DNA of 64,000 nt from Lepidodermella squamata (lineage: Eukaryota; Animalia; Gastrotricha). A program made the position numbers and the translations under genes. Positions 25,021-37,159 of the stretch are shown piece by piece (positions within the stretch are counted from its first letter, which is position 1; each line of letters opens with the position of its first letter). Under the pieces are notes generated by a model. It was not told where the DNA came from. It made no database searches and saw only the letters and a list, made by a program, of their open reading frames with translations. The stretch covers positions 620,001 to 684,000 of the forward strand of contig JBLDXI010000015.1 in the NCBI GenBank assembly GCA_047495785.1, given 5' to 3'.

Positions 25021-25856
25021 GATCAGATCAGAAGGAGCTTCAAAAAGCGACATCAGGGCCAGAATAGAGAAAAGCTGCAAAGCTTTCGGTGCCTTGAAAA
25101 AATATATTTTTGGAAATAAATCTATTCCTTTTAGCGTAAAAATGAAGTGTATTCGAGGTACAGTAGAACCGGTTGCGAAATTTGGGGGTGAAAATTGGAC
25201 GATGACCAATGAGGATGAGCGGCGACTGAACGTTTGTCAGATGCGGTGCCTACGTAGCATTTGCGGTGTCACTCTGAGGGACAGAGTTAGGAATGATTAT
25301 ATTAGAGAAAAATGTGAAACTCAAAAATTATCTTCGATAGTAGCAAGACATCAACTTAGGTGGTACGGCCATGTTGCTCGCATGGACCCCGAACGGCTAA
25401 CCCACCGAGTACGGTATTGGAACGTGCCGGAGGGGTGGAAACGGCCTAGAGGCAGACCTAAGCTAAGGTGGCTCGACTGTATTAAGAAACATTTGGGGCG
25501 GGTGGGAATTCAAAATTTAGAGGATGCAGATGATTTAGCGAAGGACAGAAGTGAGTGGAGGCTGAAAATTCATAGTCTGGGTTGATGATTCTGATACTTC
25601 TCGTGGGATTTTGTATATTTTGTTGAATTGATGGAAAATGATTTCGGTTTGACTAGGATCGGTCCTCTAGACTGGTCCTCCTCCGACACGCGCTCTGCTT
25701 GCCAGGTCACCACCGTGACCTGTCCGGCAGGGTGTGTACAACGAAGTGATTTTTATTCTCAGCACGCCTTTTGTTGTTTTTTCTAATGTTCTTTTTACTG
25801 TTCTTTTAATCTCAAAAGTGCTGAAGAATAAAGAAAATGTTATGTTATGTTATGTT
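25021..25856 (+). mobile_element. 5'-truncated RTE-clade non-LTR retrotransposon
   Basis: RTE C-terminal motifs (QMRCLRSICGVT..DRVRN..LRWYGHVARM..RPRGRPKLRW); AATAAA at 25827; (ATGTT)4 tail; perfect 11-bp TSD ATCTCGGTTTG at 25010-25020 and 25857-25867. Confidence 0.95.
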
Positions 25857-26159
25857 ATCTCGGTTTGCAGGCATCCTGACGCTAATAGCAAAGCATTATG
25901 TCTGTATTTAAGAGAAAACATGGCTATAAGATTCAAGATTCATCCGCCCCATGACCCGTTGGCAGTTTTATTCCAGAACAGCATCCATCCGTCGAGTAAC
26001 ATAAAATTAAGTCAACATATTTGCATATAACTTGGCGTTATTAATATCATTAACTTCAACGACTTCTCTTCTCGTAATAACCAATTGAGACGAAAACAGT
26101 GAGACAAAAAGTGTTTCAAGATTGTTCAGGCGATATTTGAATAATCACGACGCGTTGCA

Positions 26160-27642
26160 TCAACTTATGACGCATTTCTTGCCCGACGATTTAAAGGGGT
26201 TCTTCGTACCGGCCAGCGTCATCGGCATCGGGTCGAATAAATAGTCTTCCGCCGCCCGGTCTGATACAAATTTCACCATGCTGAAAAAATCAAAAATTTA
26301 AAGTTCAATCGATGAATGTCACAAGCAATGCAAATTTTATAGGAATGACACTTGTAATTGAATAATAATCATAAACGAGATAAGTTTCCCATTCTGGACT
26401 GAAATTTTATGCTGTTTTCAACATCAGAGGGCAATGGCATCATGATCCCCGACCCGACAGTTAGAGGTCCTATCTTTTCACAGAAACATCATTATATTGA
26501 AGTATTTAAATTTTAAATGAATAATGAATAATGCTGAAGGAAATTAATTCAAACCCTGATTTAAACCAGAGGACTGACTGCATGCTTTTTTGAAAACGTT
26601 TTGTCAGACTCGGAATAAAGCCTAAATATGAAACATGAGGAAGGGTCCGAAATAAAGGGCAGAAATAAAACAGGCTCAGGTGCCTAGTGTAAAATTTAAA
26701 ATTGTGTAGCATTTTTCTTGCCCGGAAATAAAGAGCAGAGCCGGAATTTCTAGTGGCGCAACGAAGACAGTACTCAATAACTTGATGCGCAGGTTACGTT
26801 AATTCCCATTCATCAAGCTGCTGTAACAGTAAGCTGATTACGAATGCTACTACCGGTCTAAAAAATCAATATTTTCCGCGACAGCGAATAACCATTAGGC
26901 CATGGTAAGTGAATTAACATGTTTCTAATAGGATAAATAATTTAAAATTGTCTTCAAGCAACATTTGGAGGTTTCACAACAATTCTTACAAGCAGGATTT
27001 CTACGAACAGAATTTTCCAAATTTTTTCTTTGTACCTGAACAGGTAAATCTATTTTCGCTTCTTCCATCATGTTCTTGATGCTCCGATTTTTGAACGTTA
27101 GACGACTTTAATTTTCTTTTTCAAATCACAGTCAAGTTGTGGAGGCCCAATTAAACCAAACATCATTTTAGTCTAATGATAAATTTAGGATACTTGTTGG
27201 CAATCAGCCTGTAGCTCCAATCGGAGAATGAAATAGGGTAGCAGATCTGGTAAAGATAAGGAATATCCACCCTTAAGGTCCATCTTAGCTGTGTAAACCG
27301 CCAAGGCCACACGGAAATCGCTACTTGGCATAAATTGATTCTTAAGAGATTAATTTCAAAACATAAATTGTATTGGAAATTTACAATAACCCCTACATTT
27401 GTCAAAAGAGAAACAAAACAGGAAAATGCGGAATTTCTTACTCTGCGATAGTCTTCGATGTTAGCTCAGGTTTTGTCGCGGCCTGCTTTCTGTACGATTC
27501 AAGAACAATGTTCAGCAGCTCAGTCGATGCATCCCTACAGTACCGAAAATGCAACCATAGCATAAGTAATTAGCTACAGAAATTTCACTCACGGAGCTGA
27601 AGTTTGAAGACCGAAATCGAAAGCCTCAGCTCGCTCGTCCAT
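26160..27642 (-). CDS. Heterotrimeric G-protein gamma subunit (87 aa, CAAX = CVIS)
   Basis: Exons 27642-27593, 27534-27442, 26280-26160; GT-AG, both introns phase 2. Product MDERAEAFDFGLQTSAPDASTELLNIVLESYRKQAATKPELTSKTIADMVKFVSDRAAEDYLFDPMPMTLAGTKNPFKSSGKKCVIS*, with the GGL-domain pattern, NPF and CAAX. Confidence 0.88.
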
Positions 27643-27849
27643 GTCGGTAGTTGTTGTTTTTTTGTTAAACTCGCAGGGTTAAATACGGGACGGAGGGAGA
27701 TGGATAAAAATTGCGTACAGTAAATTACGTGCACGCTTAACCGAGCAGCAAATGAATGAAAAATGGCTTATCTAACATTGAGCAGTGTGGCGAATAGCTG
27801 CGGCGGAATATATTATTATAAACACGCGGCGCAGCTGATATCGCGAAAC

Positions 27850-27871
27850 CGAGCGAGCGAGCGAGCGAGCC
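27850..27871. repeat. (GAGC)5 microsatellite
   Basis: CGAGCGAGCGAGCGAGCGAGCC. Confidence 0.8.
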
Positions 27872-30011
27872 GTAATCGCTGTAGTTAGTCATAACTTCAC
27901 GGCGAGTACTAAGTAGTGAGAATTTTCAGTCACTTTCTTATCTAGCATACTACGTATATGTGTACCGCGCTACGCTCCAGCGCCGCGCATCTTTTGGTCC
28001 GCGCGATCGTTATTATTTTTCTCATTACAGCCGCGGCGCGAGCCGTTTCTACGCCGATGATCTGTATCCAGGCCAGGTGGGCGCTGGTCGTGATATTTTA
28101 CGTGCTTTTTTTGTTTCCCGTGGTATACTTACACATAGCATATCTAATTAGTGATGATTATGCGGTTTTCGCGTATGTTACCACTATCGTGTTGCCGTAT
28201 GCTACGTGTTAAATGGACGCAAGTTTTGCTAATACGTTGCTTTGTCCGCGGTGCGTATGCGTTAAAAAGGCGCCAATAGTCCGCTGTGGTCCGCTACCTG
28301 GGCCCACTGTTTCGCCGGATAGCACAACATTGAGGTGATACGCGGGTGGTGATTATGTTGTTAGCGGCCGACGCTATGGACATTCCCGTTTTTGCTGGAA
28401 TTCAACATTATTTCGAGAGGGAGAGCTGCTTCCACTCGATATCTCCCGTGGCAAAAGGCAAGGCCAATTACCTCGACGTGACCAATGTCGATCGCCAGAA
28501 AATTCGATAATGTTCGGTTTGAGCCGAAGTCCAAGTTCAATATCGATGAACCATGTGATGTAGATAGGACGCCGCACTCAAGGCACGCCGGCTGACAGAA
28601 AGGCGTGTTCGCTTTTTTTCCTCAACAATATTCTAAATATTTTGCAGCCTAAAAAATTAAAATGACAGGGCTGCATTCGAATTTGCCTATTAATTAAAAT
28701 TTAAAAATTTAAAATTAATTAGTTAAAGCTTTAAAGAACGCAAAAAGTAGATCTTTGGCGCGGTTTCAGAGTTGTTGCCAAGAAGAGATGCATCTTCAGA
28801 GATGAATTCGGATGATGAGATGGTAGCATCTGCTCAAAATTTGGTAAAAAATCAACAAAAATAGCTCAAGAAATATTGGGGTGGAAAATAATGACGTGAT
28901 TCATCTAATTAAATTTGAAACGATGAACTTTGCCCCTTGTTAGTCCGACTTCAGTTTTTGGCGTCTGAAAACCTCTTAGTGCCGCGTCCAATCTACATCA
29001 CATGTAGCGAAGGATTTCCCTCATTCAATTTACCATTATTTCTCATATAGTTTTAAATGTGAGTGGGAGCAAACTGTTTGGAAATTGTTCGCAAACTGTT
29101 CCACAGGGAAAGGCCGGGCAGAGGTCGACAGTGCTGCAGCATGATAGCTTATAGCCTTTTTCTCAGCCTTGAAGCGAACTCACAGCAAATATTGACTCCC
29201 AGTAATTTCAAAGATAAAACGAGTAACAGTATGTAACGGGGATGAGCTATTTCGCGTTAGCGCATCCAGCGCACCCAATTCTGCGCTGCGCCCAAAATTA
29301 GGGTTTGATTATAACAAATCGGAAAGGAATTAAGGAACGATTCGGAGAGTTGCAGTCATTATACGACCGCTCATATATTTTTAATTTTTTATTAATACTG
29401 TATATACCGAATGAAGGACAGTCCCGCTTATAAGGCAGAGCCTCGAGGGCAATCACTGGAAATACAAGGCAGGGGCCAGTTTACGTGCATTTTCGAGGAT
29501 TCGGCGCATTCGAGAATGAAATTCGGTGATACCATAGTACATAGTAGCTCCAAAATTACGCCATAGTCACATAGAATGCGCATCGCAATGTAAATGTGCA
29601 ATGAGTTCCAATACAGCGTTAATAATCTTGATTGAAAAATTGAAATTTTTCCTATAATTTATCCCATCTACATCTGTATTATTGGCAGGCCAATTGCCAA
29701 AGTATAGTTGCATGCCAACATGCTTCTAGTATATAACGGTAGTGCCACAGTTTGCAAGGGAATACGATGCAACTGCGGGAATACTTCGGCGGTATGAACA
29801 AACATGAACAAAAGCGAACAAAATTCCCCACTGAACAAAACCCGGATTCGCTAAAAAACATGATAAATCAATCTCACGCGATCTGGACTGTTAATTGCAA
29901 TATTAATAATGGATAGGATGACACTCAATTTTGAATAATTTGAAAATCCTAGCAAGCTTATTACGAACGATTACAATTCTGATCAGCCCAGAAGTCCACA
30001 ATTTTCGAAAA

Positions 30012-31366
30012 ATGGTTCACATCTACTATAATTTGATTTTTCTTCCGTTCGTTATAATATACCCATTCGACTCCAATGAAAATGAAACTTCTGCTGATAA
30101 TTCAAGTTTACCCGAGACTGGAAAAGATTACGCTAACTTGATGAGGCGAAACTTCTTCAGCTATTGCCCTCAAGTTTTATCTAAAAGTCTGCCGTTGGAC
30201 GTTTTAGTTTCCAACTATTTCGGATCGCCTTTGAATGTAACAGTATCAATGGATTTGTACCGCTTGATTGAAATCGATGACATGAAGCAAAGGTAAAAGT
30301 ATTCTTGTCTTCTGTTCTTAGTGTCACAGTTACTCTGTTATAGCTTGTCTGTCTGGGCTATGGTTACCATGAACTGGTACTACCCATGTGATCCACCATC
30401 TTGCACATTTCTACTCGAAAACGACCGGCTGTGTTACGCAGCTAAGACTAATCTGAGTGATATCGACTACGCCTCAGCGATGGCTATTTATCTATCCAAT
30501 AAAGAAACATGGGCGCCTCAGTTTGTTCATATGAATGCTATGGACACCCCACGACCCTTCGAAAGGTGGTTTTTTCGGACCCTTTACACGATAATATCCA
30601 GTGATTTTCTATAATCAAAAGGTTAAGCAATGGTCTTGTCTACGTGACTTTTTCTGACAGCGGAGCTTCCTATTACGCAACAGGGCGCTACGATACGGTA
30701 TGCGATGACTTCCCCTTCAGCAAGTTTCCGTTCGACTCAATCACCTGCTCCTTCATTTTCGACTCGGAGGAAGTAGCTGCGTTCGTGAATTATCATCTAG
30801 ATCGCTTCGCTATCGACGAATCTGCAATGGATTCATTTCTCTCCAGCGCAGATGTTTGGGATTTGATATCTGTCAATGATCCTGTGACTAAGAAATCAGC
30901 TCAGAATGGAGAGCTTCAGTTCTCGAGAATGATTGGAACAATTTCATTCAAACGACGGTCGAGCTATTTTGTAATTAACATACTTTTCCCTGTTTTCGCG
31001 CTGTATTCCATGCAATTTGCCGCTTTAATAATGCCACCTGATGTTCCGGATCGGTCTGGTTTCGGAGTTACAGTTGTCCTGGCCTTTTCTGTGATTTTGT
31101 CCATTATCGTCGGTCAGATTCCGCGAACCTCAGAGCCTGTTTACCTTGTTTACTTAGTCGTGTTCAAATTCATCACTGGACTCGTGATAAATGTTTACGA
31201 ATTGATTTCACTGGCTGTTATCAGTGTCAGACAGGACATTGCGCGTGTAAAACTGGGTCGTTACAAGATTTCACGATCTAGGATAGCTGATATTGTCTTC
31301 GCTTCAGCAGTGATCACCGCATCTGTGATAGCGGATTCTATTTTTATGTACCTTATGCTGAAGTAA
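30012..31366 (+). CDS. Orphan pLGIC subunit A
   Basis: Exons 30012-30292, 30344-30565, 30622-31366; signal peptide, WAPQF (loop A), C-X14-C loop with FPFD, FKRR, M1-M4. Confidence 0.9.
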
Positions 31367-31941
31367 AACCTGATGGCTTCATTGTGGAGCTTTTGAGCTA
31401 TTTCTTGTACTTTTTAGACTCTGCGCTTCTTGGTTTTTGAGTCAGGTGAGCATTTCGCATGATATTGATTGATATTTTATCATAGATGCAGCTAAAATGA
31501 CTGATTTACAGTAATGAAATAAAAGGCATCTCGCAAACATAGCTCAAAGATTAATAATACATGAAATGAATCACACACCTATTGGTTTTCTGACGTTGAT
31601 TGGCACCCTCGTCCCCTGAGAATCCTTTTTTATTGGCATTTCTCAGGCAGGGAAAAGCGTAAAATCCTATGCCCTGTAGAGTATGACGCTACTTTTAGGC
31701 AGATGAGAGATCTAAACAGCCTATTTGAGAGATGATTCCAGCATTCAGCCGAAGTGAATTATTGGTATTTTAAAAAATGCATCTAATAGAACTCCCGTTC
31801 TGGTTTTTGCGAACGGTGTCAATTAGAGCGCTTGCTACTTATTGAACCATATTCACGACGTATACCTTTATATAATCTGACAGTCCTTAATTTTCAGCTG
31901 ATTTGATGAGCATTTCTATATCAATGTTGTAGTTGAGGTCA

Positions 31942-33355
31942 ATGATTACATACAACAAGGTCTGCGGCGCATGTTTGCTCATTTGCCTACTAACTCAGGC
32001 ATGCAGAGCTCAAGATCTACAGTCGAGCGATGTTACGAGCACTGATGAAGAGTACACAGATCGAATGAAGCGCAATTTTCTTCGGCGGTGCCCGCAAGCC
32101 AGGTCAAAATATCTGCCTTTGGATACCTTGGCTCTAAATCGCTTCTCGGCTCCGATGAATGTGACCATATCAATCGACATGTACCGAATGCTCGATATCA
32201 ATGATATGCAGCAAAGGTAAGTATTTAATCATTAACAAATTGTATCAATTTCGGGAATTAGTCTGTCTGTATGGGCTGGCATAACCATGACATGGTACTT
32301 TCCATGCGAGCCACTCGACTGCGTTGATTTGCTTGAGGACGCTTCGATATGCGAAGCAGTGAAAGCAAACTCGACAGCTACGATGTATTCCAATATAATG
32401 TCCCTAAACTGGTTAGATCAGGATATGTGGCTGCCACAATTTGTTCATATGAATGCGCCTGCGATTTCACGGCCCTTCGAAAGGTGAGCCTAATGTTGGA
32501 ACTTTTTGTTCAGATTCAAAGCAAGTCAATGAACGAGGAATCATTAGCCATTAATCAAAGCACTGCTCCATCTTACTAAAAGTTTTGTTTCTTCACAGGG
32601 TCACTAATGGAATGGTTTACATCACACCCTCGGCCAGTGCAGCGGCGTTGTTCGCAACGGGTCGCTACGACACAATCTGCGAAGAATTCCCATTTCAAAG
32701 ATTTCCGTTCGATAATATAAAGTGTTCCTTCATGTTCGACTCTGAAGTAGAAGCAGAGGTTGTGCAATACCAAATGGACCGCTTCGACCTCGACACGTCC
32801 GCTGAAAATTCGTTTCTCTCCAGCGCCGACGTTTGGGAACTAGTCGGCATTTCTGCCCCAAAAAACGAGATTTCTCCTCAAAATGGCGCTCATAATTATA
32901 CAAGAATGACGGCGACAGTCGCATTCAAACGAAGACCAATCTATTTCGTGATTAACATCCTTTTCCCAGTCTTCGCGTTGTATTTCATGCAACTAGCTGC
33001 TTTGATAATGCCGCCGGAGTATCCCGATCGATCTGGTTTTGGAATAACAGTCGTCCTGGCTTTTTCTGTCATTCTAACAATCGTTGACGGCCAAATTCCG
33101 CGAACCTCGGAGCCTGTTTACCTTGTCCACCTGGTTTTGATCAAATTTCTGACTGGTTTAGTGATCAATGTCTATGAGCTCGCGTCCTTAGCCGCGTCGG
33201 GCAGTGATGGGGAGGACAAGCCCGGCAAGTCTAATGTTAAAATAGGGCATTTCAAAGTATCGAAAGCCAGGATTGCTGATGCTGTCTTCGCCTTAGCCGT
33301 AATCTTTTTCACTGTGATTGTAGATTGCACCTTCATTTTTCTTATGATCGATTGA
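31942..33355 (+). CDS. Orphan pLGIC subunit B
   Basis: Exons 31942-32216, 32262-32483, 32599-33355; same motifs as A. Confidence 0.9.
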
Positions 33356-35346
33356 TATTTATAATGTCAGATTTTGAAATAAAAATGTATATAACGTTAG
33401 CGACGCGCCATAATTATCACTTAGATGATTCATCCGAACGTACTTTATGAACGTAACGTAATGCATCCAGTACGTTCGGTCTTTTCATGACCAGAACGTA
33501 ATTCAATTCACGATCGACATGTAAGTGATTTTACTAGTGGAGGTTTAACAAGTACGACAAGTATTTTACGATCTGCATGTAAAAGGCGTGTACGATAGGG
33601 TCGTGAACGAGGTATACTGTCGAGATGTACTTAGGTACCAGTGCGCGAAGTAGGATCCTCGAACTTGGGGGTATTTTCGGGCCGAAACGACCAATGCGTC
33701 CCCTCTGCGGTACTATTCGACCGTGATAATATAATACGTTTAAAGCGTATTCAACAATTAGAATCCTATGACAGGCGCGATTAACGTTCAAAGCTTTCCT
33801 TCCGCATCTTTTATATTTTGGGGCAACTAAAATTGCAACCATGAGGCTTCGATGAGGTAATGGCTGCGTAGATATGGGCAGTGCATCGAAGTTCTTGGGC
33901 AGTGCGGTTCATATACTAGTGATGGGGAGGACAAGCCCGGCAAGTCTAATGTTAAAATAGGGCATTTCAAAGTATCGAAAGCCAGGATTGCTGATGCTGT
34001 CTTCGCCTTAGCCGTAATCTTTTTCACTGTGATTGTAGATTGCACCTTCATTTTTCTTATGATCGATTGATATTTATAATGTCAGATTTTGAAATAAAAA
34101 TGTATATAACGTTAGCGACGCGCCATAATTATCACTTAGATGATTCATCCGAACGTACTTTATGAACGTAACGTAATGCATCCAGTACGTTCGGTCTTTT
34201 CATGACCAGAACGTAATTCAATTCACGATCGACATGTAAGTGATTTTACTAGTGGAGGTTTAACAAGTACGACAAGTATTTTACGATCTGCATGTAAAAG
34301 GCGTGTACGATAGGGTCGTGAACGAGGTATACTGTCGAGATGTACTTAGGTACCAGTGCGCGAAGTAGGATCCTCGAACTTGGGGGTATTTTCGGGCCGA
34401 AACGACCAATGCGTCCCCTCTGCGGTACTATTCGACCGTGATAATATAATACGTTTAAAGCGTATTCAACAATTAGAATCCTATGACAGGCGCGATTAAC
34501 GTTCAAAGCTTTCCTTCCGCATCTTTTATATTTTGGGGCAACTAAAATTGCAACCATGAGGCTTCGATGAGGTAATGGCTGCGTAGATATGGGCAGTGCA
34601 TCGAAGTTCTTGGGCAGTGCGGTTCATATACTAGTGATGGGGAGGACAAGCCCGGCAAGTCTAATGTTAAAATAGGGCATTTCAAAGTATCGAAAGCCAG
34701 GATTGCTGATGCTGTCTTCGCCTTAGCCGTAATCTTTTTCACTGTGATTGTAGATTGCACCTTCATTTTTCTTATGATCGATTGATATTTATAATGTCAG
34801 ATTTTGAAATAAAAATGTATATAACGTTAGCGACGCGCCATAATTATCACTTAGATGATTCATCCGAACGTACTTTATGAACGTAACGTAATGCATCCAG
34901 TACGTTCGGTCTTTTCATGACCAGAACGTAATTCAATTCACGATCGACATGTAAGTGATTTTACTAGTGGAGGTTTAACAAGTACGACAAGTATTTTACG
35001 ATCTGCATGTAAAAGGCGTGTACGATAGGGTCGTGAACGAGGTATACTGTCGAGATGTACTTAGGTACCAGTGCGCGAAGTAGGATCCTCGAACTTGGGG
35101 GTATTTTCGGGCCGAAACGACCAATGCGTCCCCTCTGCGGTACTATTCGACCGTGATAATATAATACGTTTAAAGCGTATTCAACAATTAGAATCCTATG
35201 ACAGGCGCGATTAACGTTCAAAGCTTTCCTTCCGCATCTTTTATATTTTGGGGCAACTAAAATTGCAACCATGAGGCTTCGATGAGGTAATGGCTGCGTA
35301 GATATGGGCAGTGCATCGAAGTTCTTGGGCAGTGCGGTTCATATAC
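33203..35346 (+). repeat. Tandem triplication of a 715-bp unit (M4 end of gene B, polyA signal, 3' flank)
   Basis: Units start at 33203, 33918 and 34633 and appear identical; identical antisense ORFs recur at 715-bp spacing. Confidence 0.95.
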
Positions 35347-35894
35347 CTTGGGGGCATAGACATGGAGTGATGACTCGCCTATGAAAGAGATCGTATCGCT
35401 TGCACAACAGGGGCCCGACGCAATTAGGCGAGCTAGATGAGGAATCAGCGGCATGTTGGTACCATTATTTTTTTTCAATTTATATGATATTCAGCTGTGC
35501 TCTGGAGTGTAATATTCAGGAGGAATAGTAAGTCTCTATGGTATCAGCAGATTATATTTTCAATTCTCTTATGTTGAAGTAAATACTGATTAATACTGAC
35601 GGACGTGAAACTGATAGCTTTGATCATGGTAAAAGTAAAGTAAAATGCGGTAAAATGCACAGTAATACAATCGTTTCAAAAATTAATTAAACATAAACAA
35701 TAAACATTATCCTCCAGAAATTACTGGAAAATTGCAGCTGATTACTTATCAATTGAGATTATCGAAAAATAACCAGCGTTTTCCGCGGGACTACCTCTGT
35801 CTGGATCCATCAATCAAACCCTTGGAAAAATATAAAATACACATCTGCTAAAATGTAATTGCTGAAAAGTCACTTAAACGAATACTATTTTATT

Positions 35895-36198
35895 CTGCTG
35901 AACTGTCGTTTGCTTAAATTATGTCTTGCTCAAGTTCACACTGAGCAAGTGTCGTATGCTGAAATGACTTCTGCTCAAGTATATCATTGCTCATAAGACT
36001 TCTGCTGAAGACTCGTTTGCTGAATAGTACAGCTGCTGAAGTTTCAGCTGCTAAAGTGTTTTTTGCTAAAGTGCAGTCTGCTGAAATAGCGAATGCTGTC
36101 GCCTGCTAAAGTAGCGCTTGCTGAAGTGTCTCCTGCTCAAATATCACTGCTAAACTGACGTTGCTGAACGAAGTTCTGCTGAACTGTCTTATAACCGA
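35895..36198. repeat. About 15-16-bp periodic TGCT(G/A/C)AA array, probably a DNA-transposon subterminal repeat
   Basis: About 19 TGCTGAA/TGCTAAA/TGCTCAA cores with variable spacers, ending TTATAACC. Confidence 0.6.
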
Positions 36199-36651
36199 CA
36201 AAGCCTGTAAACGCCATGGGTGCCAGATGTTTGTGATGAATCTTAATTATCTCAAACCTAGCTTTATGCGTAGCAACCTTTTTCTTTTTTCGCGAGTAAG
36301 CAGTCTATACTAAATTATGTCTATGTGAGTGCCAATCCTCAGTATTTCTTCATCTACGGTATTGATCTCTCTCTTGTACTGGTGCCGGGTTTGGAGCCGG
36401 GGGATTTTATTGATTGAGATTTTATCATCGATGTAGTTAAAATGACTGTTTAGTAGTAATGTAATAAACTTATCCCGCAAGCATAGATCAAAGGTTAATA
36501 ATACATAAATTGCATCACATATCTATTGGTTTTCTGATTTTGATTGGCACCCTCGTCCACTGAGAATCCTTTTTTATTGGCATTGGAAAAGCGTAAAATC
36601 CTATGCCCTGTGTAGAGTATGACGCTACTTCTAGGCAGATGGCAGATCTAA

Positions 36652-36942
36652 ATGTTGCTGCCCGAGTCCGAATTCGGCCTGAACGCGTCCAGGCCGGCCT
36701 GTTCGAAGACGGGTAGCATTGATTTACCACTCCGCGCTTGGGCCGGTTTAAAACATGCCCGTATACGATGTTTAATGTAAATTGAACAAATTCGAAAGAT
36801 TCACGCTTCACCGCACGCGGGCCGGCCAAGGTGCAAGCCCGAGCACGGCGGAGAACAATGTTTTAAACCCGCCCGGGCGCGGAGTGGTAAAGTGCAGTTA
36901 CCCGACCGCATACGGGCCGAAATCGGGCTCGGGTTCCAATAT
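36652..36942. mobile_element. MITE upstream of pLGIC C
   Basis: Imperfect TIRs TGTTGCTGCCCGAGTCCGAATTCGGCC / GGCCGAAATCGGGCTCGGGTTCCAATA; absent at the paralogous site upstream of gene B (about 31712). Confidence 0.8.
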
Positions 36943-37159
36943 TAACAGCCTATTTTAGATATGATTTCAGCATTCAGTTGAAGTGAATTATTGGTGTTTA
37001 AAAAGTGCATCTAAAATAAGTCCCGTTCTGGTTTCTGCGAACGGAGCCAATTAGAGCGCTTGAAACCTATTAAACCATATTCACGACGTATACCTTTATA
37101 TAATCTGACAGTCCTTAATTTTCAGCTGATTTCATGAGCATTTCTATATCAACATTGTA

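Noticed and set aside
25650-25750. HDV-like ribozyme in the RTE element
   Set aside because: Only a simple hairpin is evident, no nested pseudoknot, and such ribozymes lie at RTE 5' ends.
27163-27405. 80-aa ORF and possible 8-nt microexon inside the G-gamma intron
   Set aside because: Including it breaks the GGL alignment; no recognisable homology.
33534-35478. Repeated 102-aa and 74-aa minus-strand ORFs
   Set aside because: By-products of the 715-bp triplication, partly antisense to M4; no recognisable domain.
35895-36198. Repeat-spacer pattern resembling CRISPR
   Set aside because: Core is only about 7 bp with 8-9-bp spacers, the context is eukaryotic, and there are no cas genes.
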